A DNA stretch of 64,000 nt from an uncultured Dehalococcoidia bacterium (GTDB lineage Bacteria > Chloroflexota > Dehalococcoidia > Lucifugimonadales > UBA3495). The position numbers and the translations under genes were made by a program. Positions 9,257 through 19,131 of this stretch are shown here, one piece after another. The DNA lies in contig CATMOE010000007.1 of the NCBI GenBank assembly GCA_950072105.1, forward strand, positions 23,898 to 87,897. The letters are read 5' to 3'. Within the stretch, counting starts at the first letter, position 1. Each line of letters starts with the position of its first letter. The notes under the pieces were generated by a model. It was given only the letters and a program-made list of their open reading frames with translations, had not been told where the DNA came from and made no database searches.

Positions 9257-10942
9257 TTGACATCAAGACAAGGCCCCCCGGACATCGTGTTGCACAACGG
9301 CAAAGTGCTCACGGCGGCCGCCGATGGCGTGGCCCACCAAGCCTTGTCAGTCAGCGGAGACTCGATACAAGCCGTGGGCAGCGACCGGGACATGCTTGCC
9401 TTATCGGGCGCTGGGACCGAAGCTATCGACCTCCGGGGACGCACCGTTATTCCCGGCATCATCGACATCCATGCCCACATGGACCGGGAAGGTTTGAAAA
9501 GGGCCTGTCCGTCTCTGGAGGGTCTCCGGTCGATCGACGATATTCTCGCGGCCATCAAGCGATTGGTGGACCAAACGTCCCCCGGTGAGTGGGTGGTCAC
9601 CATGCCGGTGGGCGACCCTCCAAGCTACGTGGACGTTCCCCAGATTCTTCAGGAGGGCCGTTATCCCAACCGCTGGGAGTTAGACCGGGTCTCACCTCAA
9701 AACCCAGTGTACATCCGGGGGATCTGGACACCGTGGAACGTGCCGCCGTCGGTTGCCGTGGCCAATAGCCTGGCTTTGCGATTGGCTGGGATCGACCGGG
9801 ATACTCCTTCGCCAGACCCCAGTGTGACCATCGGCCGGGACGCCCAAGGTGAGCCCACCGGCATCTTAATCGACACCGCCAGGTTTCCGTCCCTGGAATT
9901 CACGCTGATGAAGGTCGTGCCCCGGTTCACCCACGCCGAGCGGGTAATAGCCCTGAAAGAGTCCATGACCCTCTACAACTCCGTGGGCGCCACCGGGACT
10001 TACGAGGGGCATGGCGTGGCCCCGGAAGTGCTACGGGCCTACAAGGAGTTGTGGGATGAGGGGCGGATGACCGTGCGCTCCCACATGGTGTTGAGCCCGG
10101 CTTGGCGATCAGTTAAAGAAGCGGCCCAGGAGATGGACCGGTGGGGCCATTCGGCGTCGGGCGCCGGGTACGGCGACGATATGTTGCGCATCAGCGGCTA
10201 TTACATCCAGTACCGTGGCAGCCGCTACACCTCCCGGGCACGCTCCGCCGAGCTTCCCTTCACCGGTTGGGCCGGGTTCGCCCAGGGTTACAATCCACCC
10301 GGGCGCTTCCGCCGTTTGGTAAGATTGGCCGCCCAGCACAACCTGAGGGTAAATACGATCGTGCGGGACAACCTGGACGAGGTGCTGAGCATCTTCGAGG
10401 AGGTCCATCGGGACATGCCCATCGACGGCCGGCGGTGGATTCTGGCCCACATCCGGGAGACAACGGGCCGCCAATTGGACCGGATCAAGGCGATGGGGTT
10501 GGTTCTGGAGACCATACCGCTGACCGAGCTGTGGCTGCGAGGCGGGCCGTTGGTCGATGATCCCCAGGCGGCCTCTGTGGCCGTTCCCCACCAGACCTAT
10601 CTGGAGCGAGGCGTGCCTTTCGGATTCGGCACCGACAATAAGCCCTACAATCCCTTTATGACCCTCTGGTCGGCGGTGACCCGCCAGGAGCGCCACACCG
10701 GCAAGGAGTTGGCTCCGGAGCAACGTCTTAGCCGCTTGGAGGCCCTGAAGGCTTTTACTTTGGGCGGGGCCTACTTCACCTTCGACGAGGACCGGCGAGG
10801 GTCCCTGGAGCCGGGCAAGCTGGCCGACTTGGCGGTGCTCTCCGACGACCTATTAACCGTTCCCGAAGACGACATTCCCAACCTGCACTCTCTGCTCACC
10901 ATGGTCGGTGGCCGGGTGGTGTACCAGAACGGGGAACTTTAG
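9257..10942 (+). CDS. Amidohydrolase family 3 (YtcJ-like) protein
   Basis: DLRGRTVIPGIIDIHAH, FGTD, GSLEPGKLADLAVLS; the real start is probably TTG 9257 because the longer ORF runs through a REP. Confidence 0.88.
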   Translation: MTSRQGPPDIVLHNGKVLTAAADGVAHQALSVSGDSIQAVGSDRDMLALSGAGTEAIDLRGRTVIPGIIDIHAHMDREGLKRACPSLEGLRSIDDILAAIKRLVDQTSPGEWVVTMPVGDPPSYVDVPQILQEGRYPNRWELDRVSPQNPVYIRGIWTPWNVPPSVAVANSLALRLAGIDRDTPSPDPSVTIGRDAQGEPTGILIDTARFPSLEFTLMKVVPRFTHAERVIALKESMTLYNSVGATGTYEGHGVAPEVLRAYKELWDEGRMTVRSHMVLSPAWRSVKEAAQEMDRWGHSASGAGYGDDMLRISGYYIQYRGSRYTSRARSAELPFTGWAGFAQGYNPPGRFRRLVRLAAQHNLRVNTIVRDNLDEVLSIFEEVHRDMPIDGRRWILAHIRETTGRQLDRIKAMGLVLETIPLTELWLRGGPLVDDPQAASVAVPHQTYLERGVPFGFGTDNKPYNPFMTLWSAVTRQERHTGKELAPEQRLSRLEALKAFTLGGAYFTFDEDRRGSLEPGKLADLAVLSDDLLTVPEDDIPNLHSLLTMVGGRVVYQNGEL

Positions 10943-10944
10943 CC

Positions 10945-11055
10945 TCGGCGCCACCCATTCGTCAGGGGCGCGGATTACCAGCGCCGGATCTCCCGAATAC
11001 TCGACCGCCGGATCCGTCATGCTGCCCTATACCCATCGCCCTATGCCGGGGTGCC
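10945..11055 (-). pseudogene. C-terminal remnant of a universal stress protein (UspA family)
   Basis: Minus-strand translation PGIGRWV*GSMTDPAVEYSGDPALVIR resembles the Usp motif GxxRxxxGSVTxxVxxxSxxPVLVIR; in-frame TAG at 11027-11029. Confidence 0.6.
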
Positions 11056-11217
11056 AGCAGGACTGCTGTTGGAGCACTCGCTTTTCCACCGAGCCTCCCC
11101 ATGCCGAGACAGCTTCTCTCGGACTGCTGCTAGGGAAGCTTAAGTGAATCTTAAATACGTGGTGGCCGGACGTAACATTGTTTGGTAAACTGCCACACAT
11201 CCTAAAGGAGGACAGCG

Positions 11218-11574
11218 ATGAATCCCGGCATTACATGTCCTAACTGTCTTTCTGAGATTCAAGAGAAGAGCGAATTCTGCTCCCAGTGGGGTCACCGGTT
11301 GGCCGCTCAAAAAGGGGGCGGCATTGTCTGGTACTGGCTGGGTATTTTGGTGGTTGTTTGCTGTGCGATCGCGTGGGTGTTTCTCCTTCTAGGCATAGCT
11401 GATGATAGAGAAGGTTGGGCTGATGCCATCTTGGGTGGTGTGATAATTTCCGTGATCCCTTTGGCGTTGGGCATCTTCTTAATCAAGAAACGGCGGAAAG
11501 GACCAAGCCATAGCGCCGATTCCGGGGATGGGGCATATTATCAAAACCCAGAGGATGATAGGAGATACCGGTAG
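11218..11574 (+). CDS. Zinc-ribbon membrane protein (fourth Cys replaced by Trp)
   Basis: CPNC..FCSQWG, two hydrophobic helices, AAGGAGG RBS. Confidence 0.7.
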   Translation: MNPGITCPNCLSEIQEKSEFCSQWGHRLAAQKGGGIVWYWLGILVVVCCAIAWVFLLLGIADDREGWADAILGGVIISVIPLALGIFLIKKRRKGPSHSADSGDGAYYQNPEDDRRYR

Positions 11575-11681
11575 CGGACATTGCGATGTTGGGATTGGCC
11601 GCGTTGCTTAGTCGCCGGAAATTTCTAACCGGCAGATCATTCGAATTGTCCCGGTGCCCGAATGCGCCGATCGAATATCGG

Positions 11682-12767
11682 TTAAAAAACCACCACGGAC
11701 CTGAGCACTTCTCCCCGCTCCATCTTGTGGAAGGCGTCTTCCACGCCATCTAGCGGGATCGTCTCGGAAACGAATTTTTCCAGGTCCAGGCGGCCCTGTA
11801 GGTACAGGTCGATGTACATGGGGAAGTCACGGCTGGGCAGGCAGTCGCCGTACCAGGAAGACTTGAGGGAGCCGCCCCGTCCGAAAAGCTCGATCAGGGG
11901 CAGTTCGATCTTCATGTCAGGGCTGGGCACGCCCACCTGCACTAGCGTGCCGGCGTGGTCGCGGGCGTAAAAGGCCTGCTCGTATGTTTTCGGGCTGCCC
12001 ACCGCCTCAATGGCCACATTGACGCCGTTGCCTCCGGTGAGCTTGCGTATGGCCTCCACCGGGTCGGTCTGGGAGGCATTGATGGTGTGGGTCGCGCCGA
12101 ATTCCTTGGCCCACTCAAGCTTACGGTCGTCGATGTCCACCCCGATGATGGTGTGGGCTCCGGCCAGACGGGCTCCGGCGATGGCGGCGTCGCCAACACC
12201 CCCGCAGCCGAATACCGCCACCGAATCGCCCCTGGTGACATCGCCGGTGTTGATGGCGGCTCCCAGTCCGGCCATGATGCCGCATCCCACAAGCCCAGCA
12301 GCTTGGGGGCTGGCATCGGCGTTAACTTTCACCGCCTGCCCCGCGTCCACCAGTGTCAACTCGGCGAAAGCGCCGATGCCCAGAGCCGGCGACAAGGGCG
12401 TCCCGTCGGCCAGGGTCATGGGTTGTTGGGCGTTGCGGCTGGCGAAACAGTACCAGGGTCGGCCGCGCAGGCAGGACCGGCAGGTCCCGCATGGGGAGCG
12501 CCAGGCGATGATTACGAAGTCTCCCGGCGCAACGTTGTTCACGCCGTCCCCCACGCTCTCCACCGTGCCCGATGCTTCGTGTCCCAGCAGGAAGGGAAAC
12601 TCGTTGTTTATCGCTCCTTCCCGGTAGTGCAAGTCGGTGTGGCAGACGCCACAGGCTTTGACGCGGATCAAGGCCTCACCGGGACCCGGATCGGGCACCA
12701 GGATGTCTTGCAGCTTCACTGTTGCGCCTTTGGCGCCGGCGATGATTCCTCTGACCTGGTGGGGCAT
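11682..12767 (-). CDS. mscR: S-(hydroxymethyl)mycothiol dehydrogenase-like zinc dehydrogenase
   Basis: [25 protein letters not shown] and [22 protein letters not shown] are typical of actinobacterial MscR/AdhE2. Confidence 0.85.
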   Translation of the reverse strand: MPHQVRGIIAGAKGATVKLQDILVPDPGPGEALIRVKACGVCHTDLHYREGAINNEFPFLLGHEASGTVESVGDGVNNVAPGDFVIIAWRSPCGTCRSCLRGRPWYCFASRNAQQPMTLADGTPLSPALGIGAFAELTLVDAGQAVKVNADASPQAAGLVGCGIMAGLGAAINTGDVTRGDSVAVFGCGGVGDAAIAGARLAGAHTIIGVDIDDRKLEWAKEFGATHTINASQTDPVEAIRKLTGGNGVNVAIEAVGSPKTYEQAFYARDHAGTLVQVGVPSPDMKIELPLIELFGRGGSLKSSWYGDCLPSRDFPMYIDLYLQGRLDLEKFVSETIPLDGVEDAFHKMERGEVLRSVVVF

Positions 12768-12858
12768 TTCTTAGCTCCTTACGCCTTTGGATGTTGGACC
12801 GAAGGACCCGTTTCCTCACTCCCCAGTGACCGGAAACTTCGCCCTTCTACGATCGGCG

Positions 12859-13473
12859 TTAAGTGGGATGCTGCCAGCTCTTTCCCCAGCCGCCGTCAAA
12901 GGCCACCTCTTCCAGCGCCTTGCGCCTGGTGGGGCCGTATCCCACGCCTTCGGCCGGAAACCCGATGGGCAAAAGGGCAGCTGTAGCTACGCCTTCCGGG
13001 ATATTGAGCAATCGTTTGATCTCTTCTTCAAACCTCATCTGCCGGGTAGTCAAACAACTGCCAAGCCCCATCCCCCGCGCCGCCAATAATATGTTCTGGA
13101 CAGCGGGATAGATGGATGCAGCCGAAAAGGTGCCGTTGTCGTTAGCTTCTATGCAGGCAAGGATGAACACGGGGACCTCTTCCATGTGGTCTTCCAGGTA
13201 TTGAGCGGCCCCATAGACCCGCCGCGCCTGACCGGTCATGTCCGGCGTGATCGAGAATCCATCCCCCGATCGATAAAGTTCTCCGATCTTGTCCTTGGTC
13301 TCCTGGTCTCGAATGACGATGAAGCTCCAACCTTGCCGTGCCCCGCCTGACGGAGCCTTGATGGCGGCCTGCAGCAAGCGGGTGATGAGTTCGTCAGGGA
13401 CCGGGTCGGATTTGAACCGGCGTATGGCTCGTTGCGAGTCGATGGCTTCGAACAGGTCGATGCTCTGAGTCAT
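12859..13473 (-). CDS. Nitroreductase family protein
   Basis: RAIRRFKSDPVP, APSGG, AVQNILLAARGMGLGS. Confidence 0.9.
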   Translation of the reverse strand: MTQSIDLFEAIDSQRAIRRFKSDPVPDELITRLLQAAIKAPSGGARQGWSFIVIRDQETKDKIGELYRSGDGFSITPDMTGQARRVYGAAQYLEDHMEEVPVFILACIEANDNGTFSAASIYPAVQNILLAARGMGLGSCLTTRQMRFEEEIKRLLNIPEGVATAALLPIGFPAEGVGYGPTRRKALEEVAFDGGWGKSWQHPT

Positions 13474-13486
13474 TCGCTTCTCCTCA

Positions 13487-14071
13487 CTACCTAGGTCCTA
13501 TTTCCGCCTGCAAGTCGCTGATCACTTTGTCCCGGGTGCGCGGGTTCCAGCGGATCCGCTGGTTGATGGGCACGTTCTCCACTTCCGGATGGATCTTCAG
13601 GGCTACGAACACCGGGCCGGGCGCGTTCAAGATCGCCTCGATGTTATTGGTGAAGTCCTCCAGATTGTCGAAAGAAAAGGTCGAGGGATAGCCGGAGCCT
13701 TTGGCGATGACGTCATAGGCGATGTTTTGGGCGTTGGGCACCGGCTGGCCGCCGGTAGTGGCGTAGACCCCGTTATCCAGCATGAAGTGGTAGAAATTCG
13801 GTGGGGCCTTCTCGGCGATGGTGGGCAACGCGCCCATGTTCATCAGAATGTCGCCTTCCGAGTCGAAAAGAATCACCTTTTCGTTGGGCCGGGCCAGGGC
13901 GAAACCCAACCCAAAGGAGCCATGGCCGCCCATTGCCGGGTCGCCCAAGGGCACGTCACGTTCCGGTTTGTCGCTGATGGTGTGCCAATGGCGTCCGCCT
14001 CTGCCGGGGATAACTATTGCGTTGCCCCGGTATTTGGCGAAGACCTTGAGCATATCCTCTGTGTGAATCAT
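13487..14071 (-). CDS. ThDP-dependent decarboxylase beta subunit (ComE/phosphonopyruvate decarboxylase-like)
   Basis: MGGHGSFGLG, DSEGDILMN, LDNGVYATTGGQP. Confidence 0.8.
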   Translation of the reverse strand: MIHTEDMLKVFAKYRGNAIVIPGRGGRHWHTISDKPERDVPLGDPAMGGHGSFGLGFALARPNEKVILFDSEGDILMNMGALPTIAEKAPPNFYHFMLDNGVYATTGGQPVPNAQNIAYDVIAKGSGYPSTFSFDNLEDFTNNIEAILNAPGPVFVALKIHPEVENVPINQRIRWNPRTRDKVISDLQAEIGPR

Positions 14072-14138
14072 CTGGTGTCTCCTAAATTTTCACGTTAACG
14101 GCCTATAGCAGCCGGGTTATCTCGTCTGCGGAGTCTAA

Positions 14139-14654
14139 TCAGCGGTTGAAACCGTGGAACTCGTCTCCGACCAGGACCGCCACGGGGCCTTGCGCTTTCT
14201 CTGCTTCCTCGAAGGCCCGGGTGATCCGGCTCGCGTCGTCGTTGTTCTCAATCAAGTAGTACTTGATGTTGTAGGCGTTCAAGAAGGGTTCGGTGTAGGT
14301 TGCGGCGGTGTCGGTGTTGTCGCCGTGGCGGGTATATCCCCGGTAACCGACCATCAACACCACCGGGATGTGCATACCCATAGTCCAACCGCGCATCGAG
14401 TCTCCCGACTCCTGCAACCCGGTATTCTGGATCAGGATCACGGGTTTTGCTCCGCCCACCGCCAGACCGGCAGCGGTGGAGAATGCTTGGCCTTCCCGGC
14501 TCACGGTGATCAGATCTAGGGTTGGTTCCGCCTGCATCAGCAGGTACAGCCAGTTGGTCTCGCTGTCGGGCAGCCAAACCACGTGGGTAACCCCGTTCTT
14601 CTTCAGTTCTTCTAAGACCGTTTCCGGGCTAAGCTCTGCCGCTTGTTGGGTCAT
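14139..14654 (-). CDS. ThDP-dependent decarboxylase alpha subunit (ComD-like)
   Basis: VWLPDS, SREGQA, LIQNTGL, MVGYRG. Confidence 0.8.
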   Translation of the reverse strand: MTQQAAELSPETVLEELKKNGVTHVVWLPDSETNWLYLLMQAEPTLDLITVSREGQAFSTAAGLAVGGAKPVILIQNTGLQESGDSMRGWTMGMHIPVVLMVGYRGYTRHGDNTDTAATYTEPFLNAYNIKYYLIENNDDASRITRAFEEAEKAQGPVAVLVGDEFHGFNR

Positions 14655-14823
14655 TTCAGTCACCTCTCGTGGCACACTCAAGTCGTGTGCTGTCAGCTAG
14701 CAAACAGCCATGATTATATCCCTAGCCGGGGACAGAGCATAGTGATACCGGACGATAGAGCCGAACGGCAGACGCCACGGCCCGGCCTTCACGCCTGATT
14801 TCTGGTAGCATGTTTACCCAACG

Positions 14824-15339
14824 ATGCTAGTATGGGAGAGTGAAGCGCGCATGCCTCCACCGGAGCGATACAACACTGGATACAACCTCGGCGTGGGCGG
14901 CGCGGTGGTGCGGGACGGACGTCTGCTGTTGGTGCGCCGCCTGTCACGGCGGGGCCACGGCAACTGGCAGGTACCCGGTGGGTTCGTCGAGCAGGACGAG
15001 ACGATCGAGGTCGCGGTGGTGCGTGAGGTGGAGGAGGAGGCCGGGGTCACTGCCGAAGTGCGGGGCGTGTTGGGCATCAGGAACCGTTACGACGAGGACG
15101 GCGGCAACAGCATATACGTGGTCATGTTGCTGAACGCTCTAAGCGGCGAGCCCAACCCCGACATGACTGAAGTGGACCGGGCCGAGTTTTTCACCTTGGA
15201 TGAAATTCTGGCTATCGAGCAGATCGGGGCGATCAATGTGGAGGTCGCCAAACAAGCCCTGTCAGCCGGCCACCGCATATTGTGTCCGCAGACGATTGAG
15301 CAGGTGGGACGGGGGACTTATACATTGTTTCTGGGGTAA
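14824..15339 (+). CDS. NUDIX hydrolase
   Basis: Nudix box PGGFVEQDETIEVAVVREVEEEAGV. Confidence 0.92.
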   Translation: MLVWESEARMPPPERYNTGYNLGVGGAVVRDGRLLLVRRLSRRGHGNWQVPGGFVEQDETIEVAVVREVEEEAGVTAEVRGVLGIRNRYDEDGGNSIYVVMLLNALSGEPNPDMTEVDRAEFFTLDEILAIEQIGAINVEVAKQALSAGHRILCPQTIEQVGRGTYTLFLG

Positions 15340-15349
15340 AGAGAGACGA

Positions 15350-15387
15350 AAGCCCCCCAACCCCCCTTTACGAAAAGGAGGCTTTCC
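15350..15387. repeat. REP-like repeat family C (..CCCCCTTTACGAAAxGGxGxCTTT)
   Basis: Similar copy at 31599-31636. Confidence 0.7.
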
Positions 15388-15516
15388 GGTGTGTCTAGCA
15401 CTGCGGTTGGTTTGACGCCGTGGCATGGTGCTGATACACTCGCCGATGTCCCTGTTGTGCCTTTTATTCAGGCTCAACACGCTTAATTTCAATTCATTTG
15501 ACACGGGAGAATTGCT

Positions 15517-17790
15517 ATGGTGGTGGTTGATTCAACACCCGAACTTGTTGCTAACGCATACACCATAATGCGGCATAACCTGGAGATCGTTCGCCCGAGA
15601 TTGGGCCGGCCCATGGGTCTTGCTGACAAGCTGGTGCTGTCTCACCTGGATGACCCGGAAAACCAAGAGCTGGAGGCCGGTAAGAGCTACTTGCTGGCTC
15701 GGCCGGACCGCGTGATCCTCCAGGACGTCTTGGGCCAAACCGCCATGCTGGTGTTCATGCAGACTCGAAGGTCCAGCACGGCCGTGCCGACCAGCGTCCA
15801 CTGCGACCACCTGATCCAAGCGAGGGTGGGCGCAGACTCGGATCTGTCAGAGTCCGTGTCGGAAAACGGCGAGGTATACGACTTTCTGCGCACCGCCGCC
15901 GCCAAGTTCGGCGTGGGATTCTGGGGTCCCGGCGCCGGTATCCTGCATCAGGTCAATCTGGAGCAGTACGCCTTCCCTGGAGCCATGATAATCGGCACCG
16001 ACTCCCATACCCCCAACGCCGGCGGCCTTGGCGCTTGCTCAGTGGGTGTTGGCGGGGCCGACGCCGTGGAGGTGATGGCGGGTCTTCCCTGGGAAGTTCT
16101 CTATCCCAACCGCATCGGCGTTAAATTAACGGGCCGGATGAGCGGATGGACCGCTCCCAAGGACATCATCCTGTACCTAGCCGGAGAGCTTACCGTATCC
16201 GGAGCCACCAACTCGATAATTGAGTATTTCGGTCCCGGAACCGAAACCATCAGTTGCACCGGCAAAGCTACCATAACCAACATGGGCGCGGAGTTGGGAG
16301 CGACGACATCTGTATTCCCTTACGACGAGTCCATGGCCCGGTACCTGCGGTCCACCCGGCGTGGAGAGCTGGCAGAGCTGGCCGACCAGAACCGCGAGAT
16401 GTTCCGGGCAGACCAGGAAGTGCTGGACCACCCGGAACGTCACTTCGACCGTGTCGTGGAGATCGATCTGAGCAAGCTGGAGCCCCACATGGTGGGCCCC
16501 CACTCTCCGGACCGGGCCCGCCCGATATCCGAATTGGCAAGCCAGGTTAAAGATCCGGCCAACGGTTTTATCGACGAGATTTCCACCGCTTTGATCGGAA
16601 GCTGCACCAACTCTTCCTACGAGGATATGAGCCGCTCGGCCGACGTCGCGGAGCAGGCCAAAGCTCTTGGGATCAATATCGCTACTCCACTAATGGTTAC
16701 ACCGGGTTCCGAGCAAGTGCGGGCAACTATTGAGCGGGACGGCCAGTTGGAGTCCCTCCGGTCCATCGGAGCAACGGTCCTGGCCAACGCCTGCGGTCCA
16801 TGTATCGGACAGTGGCGGCGGTCCCGAGACTCGCAAGAATCCAATACTATCGTTACGTCCTACAACCGTAATTTCCCCGGACGAAACGATGCCAGCCCCC
16901 AAACGATGAATTTCATCGCCAGCCCGGAAATGACCGTCGCGCTGGCCTTGGCCGGAAGGCTGTCCTTTAATCCGATGACGGACACGCTGCCCGACGGCCA
17001 AGGCAATCAAGTGATGCTGGAACCGCCGAAGCAGGCGCCCGACGTACCGGAGGAGGAATTCGACCCCGGTAGCTCTTCCTACATCGCACCTCCGGAGGAC
17101 GGAAGCAGCGTGGAAGTCGTGGTGGACCCCAATAGCCAAAGGATAGAGTTGATCAACCCCTGGCCGCCCTGGGATCAAACGGACATCGTGGATGCTCCCG
17201 TCGTCATGAAAGCGCAGGGAAAATGCACCACGGACCATATATCCCCCGCCGGAGTATGGCTGAGCCTTCGGGGGCACCTGACTAAGTTCAGCGAGAACTT
17301 CTTGATGGGGGGCATCAACGCCTACACCGGCGATGCCGGGAAGGGTCTGGATGTCTTATCCGGTGAGACCGGAGTGGCCATCTCACACATCGCTAGGCAC
17401 TACCAGGAGGAGGGGCTGAAATGGGTGGTGATCGGTGACTCTAACTACGGTGAGGGGAGCAGCCGGGAACACGCCGCCCTATCGCCGCGATTGCTGGGCG
17501 GCGGTGCGGTCATAGCCCGCAGCTTCGCCCGCATCCACGAGACCAACTTGAAGAAACAGGGCCTGCTGGCTTTGACGTTCAGCAACTCGGACGAATACGA
17601 CCTGATCCGCGAGGACGACCGGATAAGCCTGACCGGTTTGAATGAACTGGCGCCGGGCAAGCCCGTCGCCTGCACCGTCAGCCACTCCGACGGGACCAGC
17701 GAATCGTTGAGCCTGAACCATACTTTGGGTGAGCCCCAGATAGAATGGTTCCGGTTAGGCTCGGCGTTGAACCTGTTCCACCAATCGTAG
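15517..17790 (+). CDS. acn: Aconitate hydratase (mitochondrial-like type)
   Basis: VHCDHLI, GTDSHT, IGSCTNSS, NACGPCIG, TTDHISPAG, GEGSSREHAA. Confidence 0.93.
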   Translation: MVVVDSTPELVANAYTIMRHNLEIVRPRLGRPMGLADKLVLSHLDDPENQELEAGKSYLLARPDRVILQDVLGQTAMLVFMQTRRSSTAVPTSVHCDHLIQARVGADSDLSESVSENGEVYDFLRTAAAKFGVGFWGPGAGILHQVNLEQYAFPGAMIIGTDSHTPNAGGLGACSVGVGGADAVEVMAGLPWEVLYPNRIGVKLTGRMSGWTAPKDIILYLAGELTVSGATNSIIEYFGPGTETISCTGKATITNMGAELGATTSVFPYDESMARYLRSTRRGELAELADQNREMFRADQEVLDHPERHFDRVVEIDLSKLEPHMVGPHSPDRARPISELASQVKDPANGFIDEISTALIGSCTNSSYEDMSRSADVAEQAKALGINIATPLMVTPGSEQVRATIERDGQLESLRSIGATVLANACGPCIGQWRRSRDSQESNTIVTSYNRNFPGRNDASPQTMNFIASPEMTVALALAGRLSFNPMTDTLPDGQGNQVMLEPPKQAPDVPEEEFDPGSSSYIAPPEDGSSVEVVVDPNSQRIELINPWPPWDQTDIVDAPVVMKAQGKCTTDHISPAGVWLSLRGHLTKFSENFLMGGINAYTGDAGKGLDVLSGETGVAISHIARHYQEEGLKWVVIGDSNYGEGSSREHAALSPRLLGGGAVIARSFARIHETNLKKQGLLALTFSNSDEYDLIREDDRISLTGLNELAPGKPVACTVSHSDGTSESLSLNHTLGEPQIEWFRLGSALNLFHQS

Positions 17791-17851
17791 GGGTAGGCTA
17801 GATCCACCGACCGCACCCGCCGTGAGTGGCGCTTAGACTATAACTTAGGAT

Positions 17852-17892
17852 GAACGTCCCCCTGCGGAAACAGGTTTCCAAGGGGGACGTTC
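17852..17892 (+). other. Strong hairpin between acn and the MaoC genes (terminator or 5'-UTR element)
   Basis: GAACGTCCCCCT...AGGGGGACGTTC with inner GGAAAC/GTTTCC. Confidence 0.5.
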
Positions 17893-17922
17893 TGGTTTCG
17901 CGAGATGTCTCGGGAGGCGCGA

Positions 17923-18414
17923 ATGGGAGGCGAAGCAGCCGATTCGTTGATCGCCAAGCTCAGGGCCACTATTGGGAAAGAGACTGTTTTCCAGTCGCCT
18001 GACGAGTTCGGACGCTCGTCGTTCCGCCAATATGCTCTGGCCATCGGCGACTTCAACCCTTTGTACACCGACCCTGATTTCGCCCGATCCCACAGCCTCC
18101 CCGATGTGATGGCGCCGCCTACACTGATCTGCGACACCTGGCAGTTCGTCGAGGGCGACATTGACGAAGAAGGGCGGCAATTAGCCCTGAAAGACGATTT
18201 GGGATTGGGAGGTCTCCGCGCCGGGAACGCCTACGAGTTCTTCCAGCCGGTTCATCCCGGCGACGTCGTCACCGCCAAACGCAAGACCAAAGACGTGTAC
18301 GAAAAGACCGGGAGGTCGGGCCGGCTGATTTTCTGGGAAGTTGAGACTTCCTATTACAATCAGCGGGACGAGCTATTGGCTACCAACGTGGAGACCATGT
18401 TCCTGCGCCTGTAG
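17923..18414 (+). CDS. MaoC/FAS1-like dehydratase (N-terminal-type subunit)
   Basis: YALAIGDFNPLY, APPT, YEFFQPVHPGD; GGGAGG RBS before ATG 17923. Confidence 0.85.
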   Translation: MGGEAADSLIAKLRATIGKETVFQSPDEFGRSSFRQYALAIGDFNPLYTDPDFARSHSLPDVMAPPTLICDTWQFVEGDIDEEGRQLALKDDLGLGGLRAGNAYEFFQPVHPGDVVTAKRKTKDVYEKTGRSGRLIFWEVETSYYNQRDELLATNVETMFLRL

Positions 18415-18480
18415 GGCTATCATACCTAACCGCCTGCCATTGCTACGAAAATAGGATTGCCAATCTTCGGCCGCACACTT

Positions 18481-18616
18481 CGTCATTTCGACACCAGCCC
18501 TTCCGCTGAAGGGCGGCGAGGAATCTTAGATGACCTCGACAACCAATCATGAGACTCCTCTCCTTCCGCCGAAGGATCGGAGTGACACAGACTCCTCCCT
18601 GAGGCCGGAATGACAA
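18481..18616. repeat. CGTC-tagged REP-like element family D (CGTCATT..CGAGGAATC..GACTCC..CCGCCGAAGGATCGGAGTGAC)
   Basis: Halves recur at 28138-28170 and 30552-30588. Confidence 0.7.
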
Positions 18617-18669
18617 AGGGAACTTTCACCTGGAGACACTAGACCAGCGGTAGCCCGCGAGGGGGATAT

Positions 18670-19107
18670 TTGGACAGCACGACCCTCAATTATCAAGACA
18701 TTTCCGTGGGCGATGAACTGACGCCTTTGGAGAAACAGATAACCGCGGCCCGTATGATGGCCTACGGAGCGGCCACCTGGGACTTCATCCGCATTCACTA
18801 CGACGCCGATTACGTCCGAGGTCTGGGGTTTGACGGACCCTTTTTGGACGGGCAGATGATGGGCGGGTTCTTGGCCCAGCAGGTGCAGGACTGGGCTGGA
18901 CCGGGGGGCTTTTTGCGCAAGCTGAGCTTCAGCAACCGGGCGATGGTCTACCCCGGCGACCTGATTATATGTCACGGTATCGTTAGCGGAAAATCTGCTG
19001 AGAATGGCGAAGAGCTGGTGACTTGCGACCTTTGGGCGGTCAATCAGAGCGGTGAGAAAGTGGTGCAATCGGCCAGCGCGCTGGTCAGGTTTTCCGCACG
19101 GATCTAG
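18670..19107 (+). CDS. MaoC family dehydratase
   Basis: YGAATWDFIRIHYD, VYPGD. Confidence 0.85.
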   Translation: MDSTTLNYQDISVGDELTPLEKQITAARMMAYGAATWDFIRIHYDADYVRGLGFDGPFLDGQMMGGFLAQQVQDWAGPGGFLRKLSFSNRAMVYPGDLIICHGIVSGKSAENGEELVTCDLWAVNQSGEKVVQSASALVRFSARI

Positions 19108-19131
19108 TTTCAGAATACACGGAGCACGCGA

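Noticed and set aside
11955..12986. Long antisense ORFs (also 23620..24600, 24945..25688, 37009..37824, 54790..55518)
   Set aside because: These are shadow frames of well-supported genes in GC-rich DNA, with no motifs of their own
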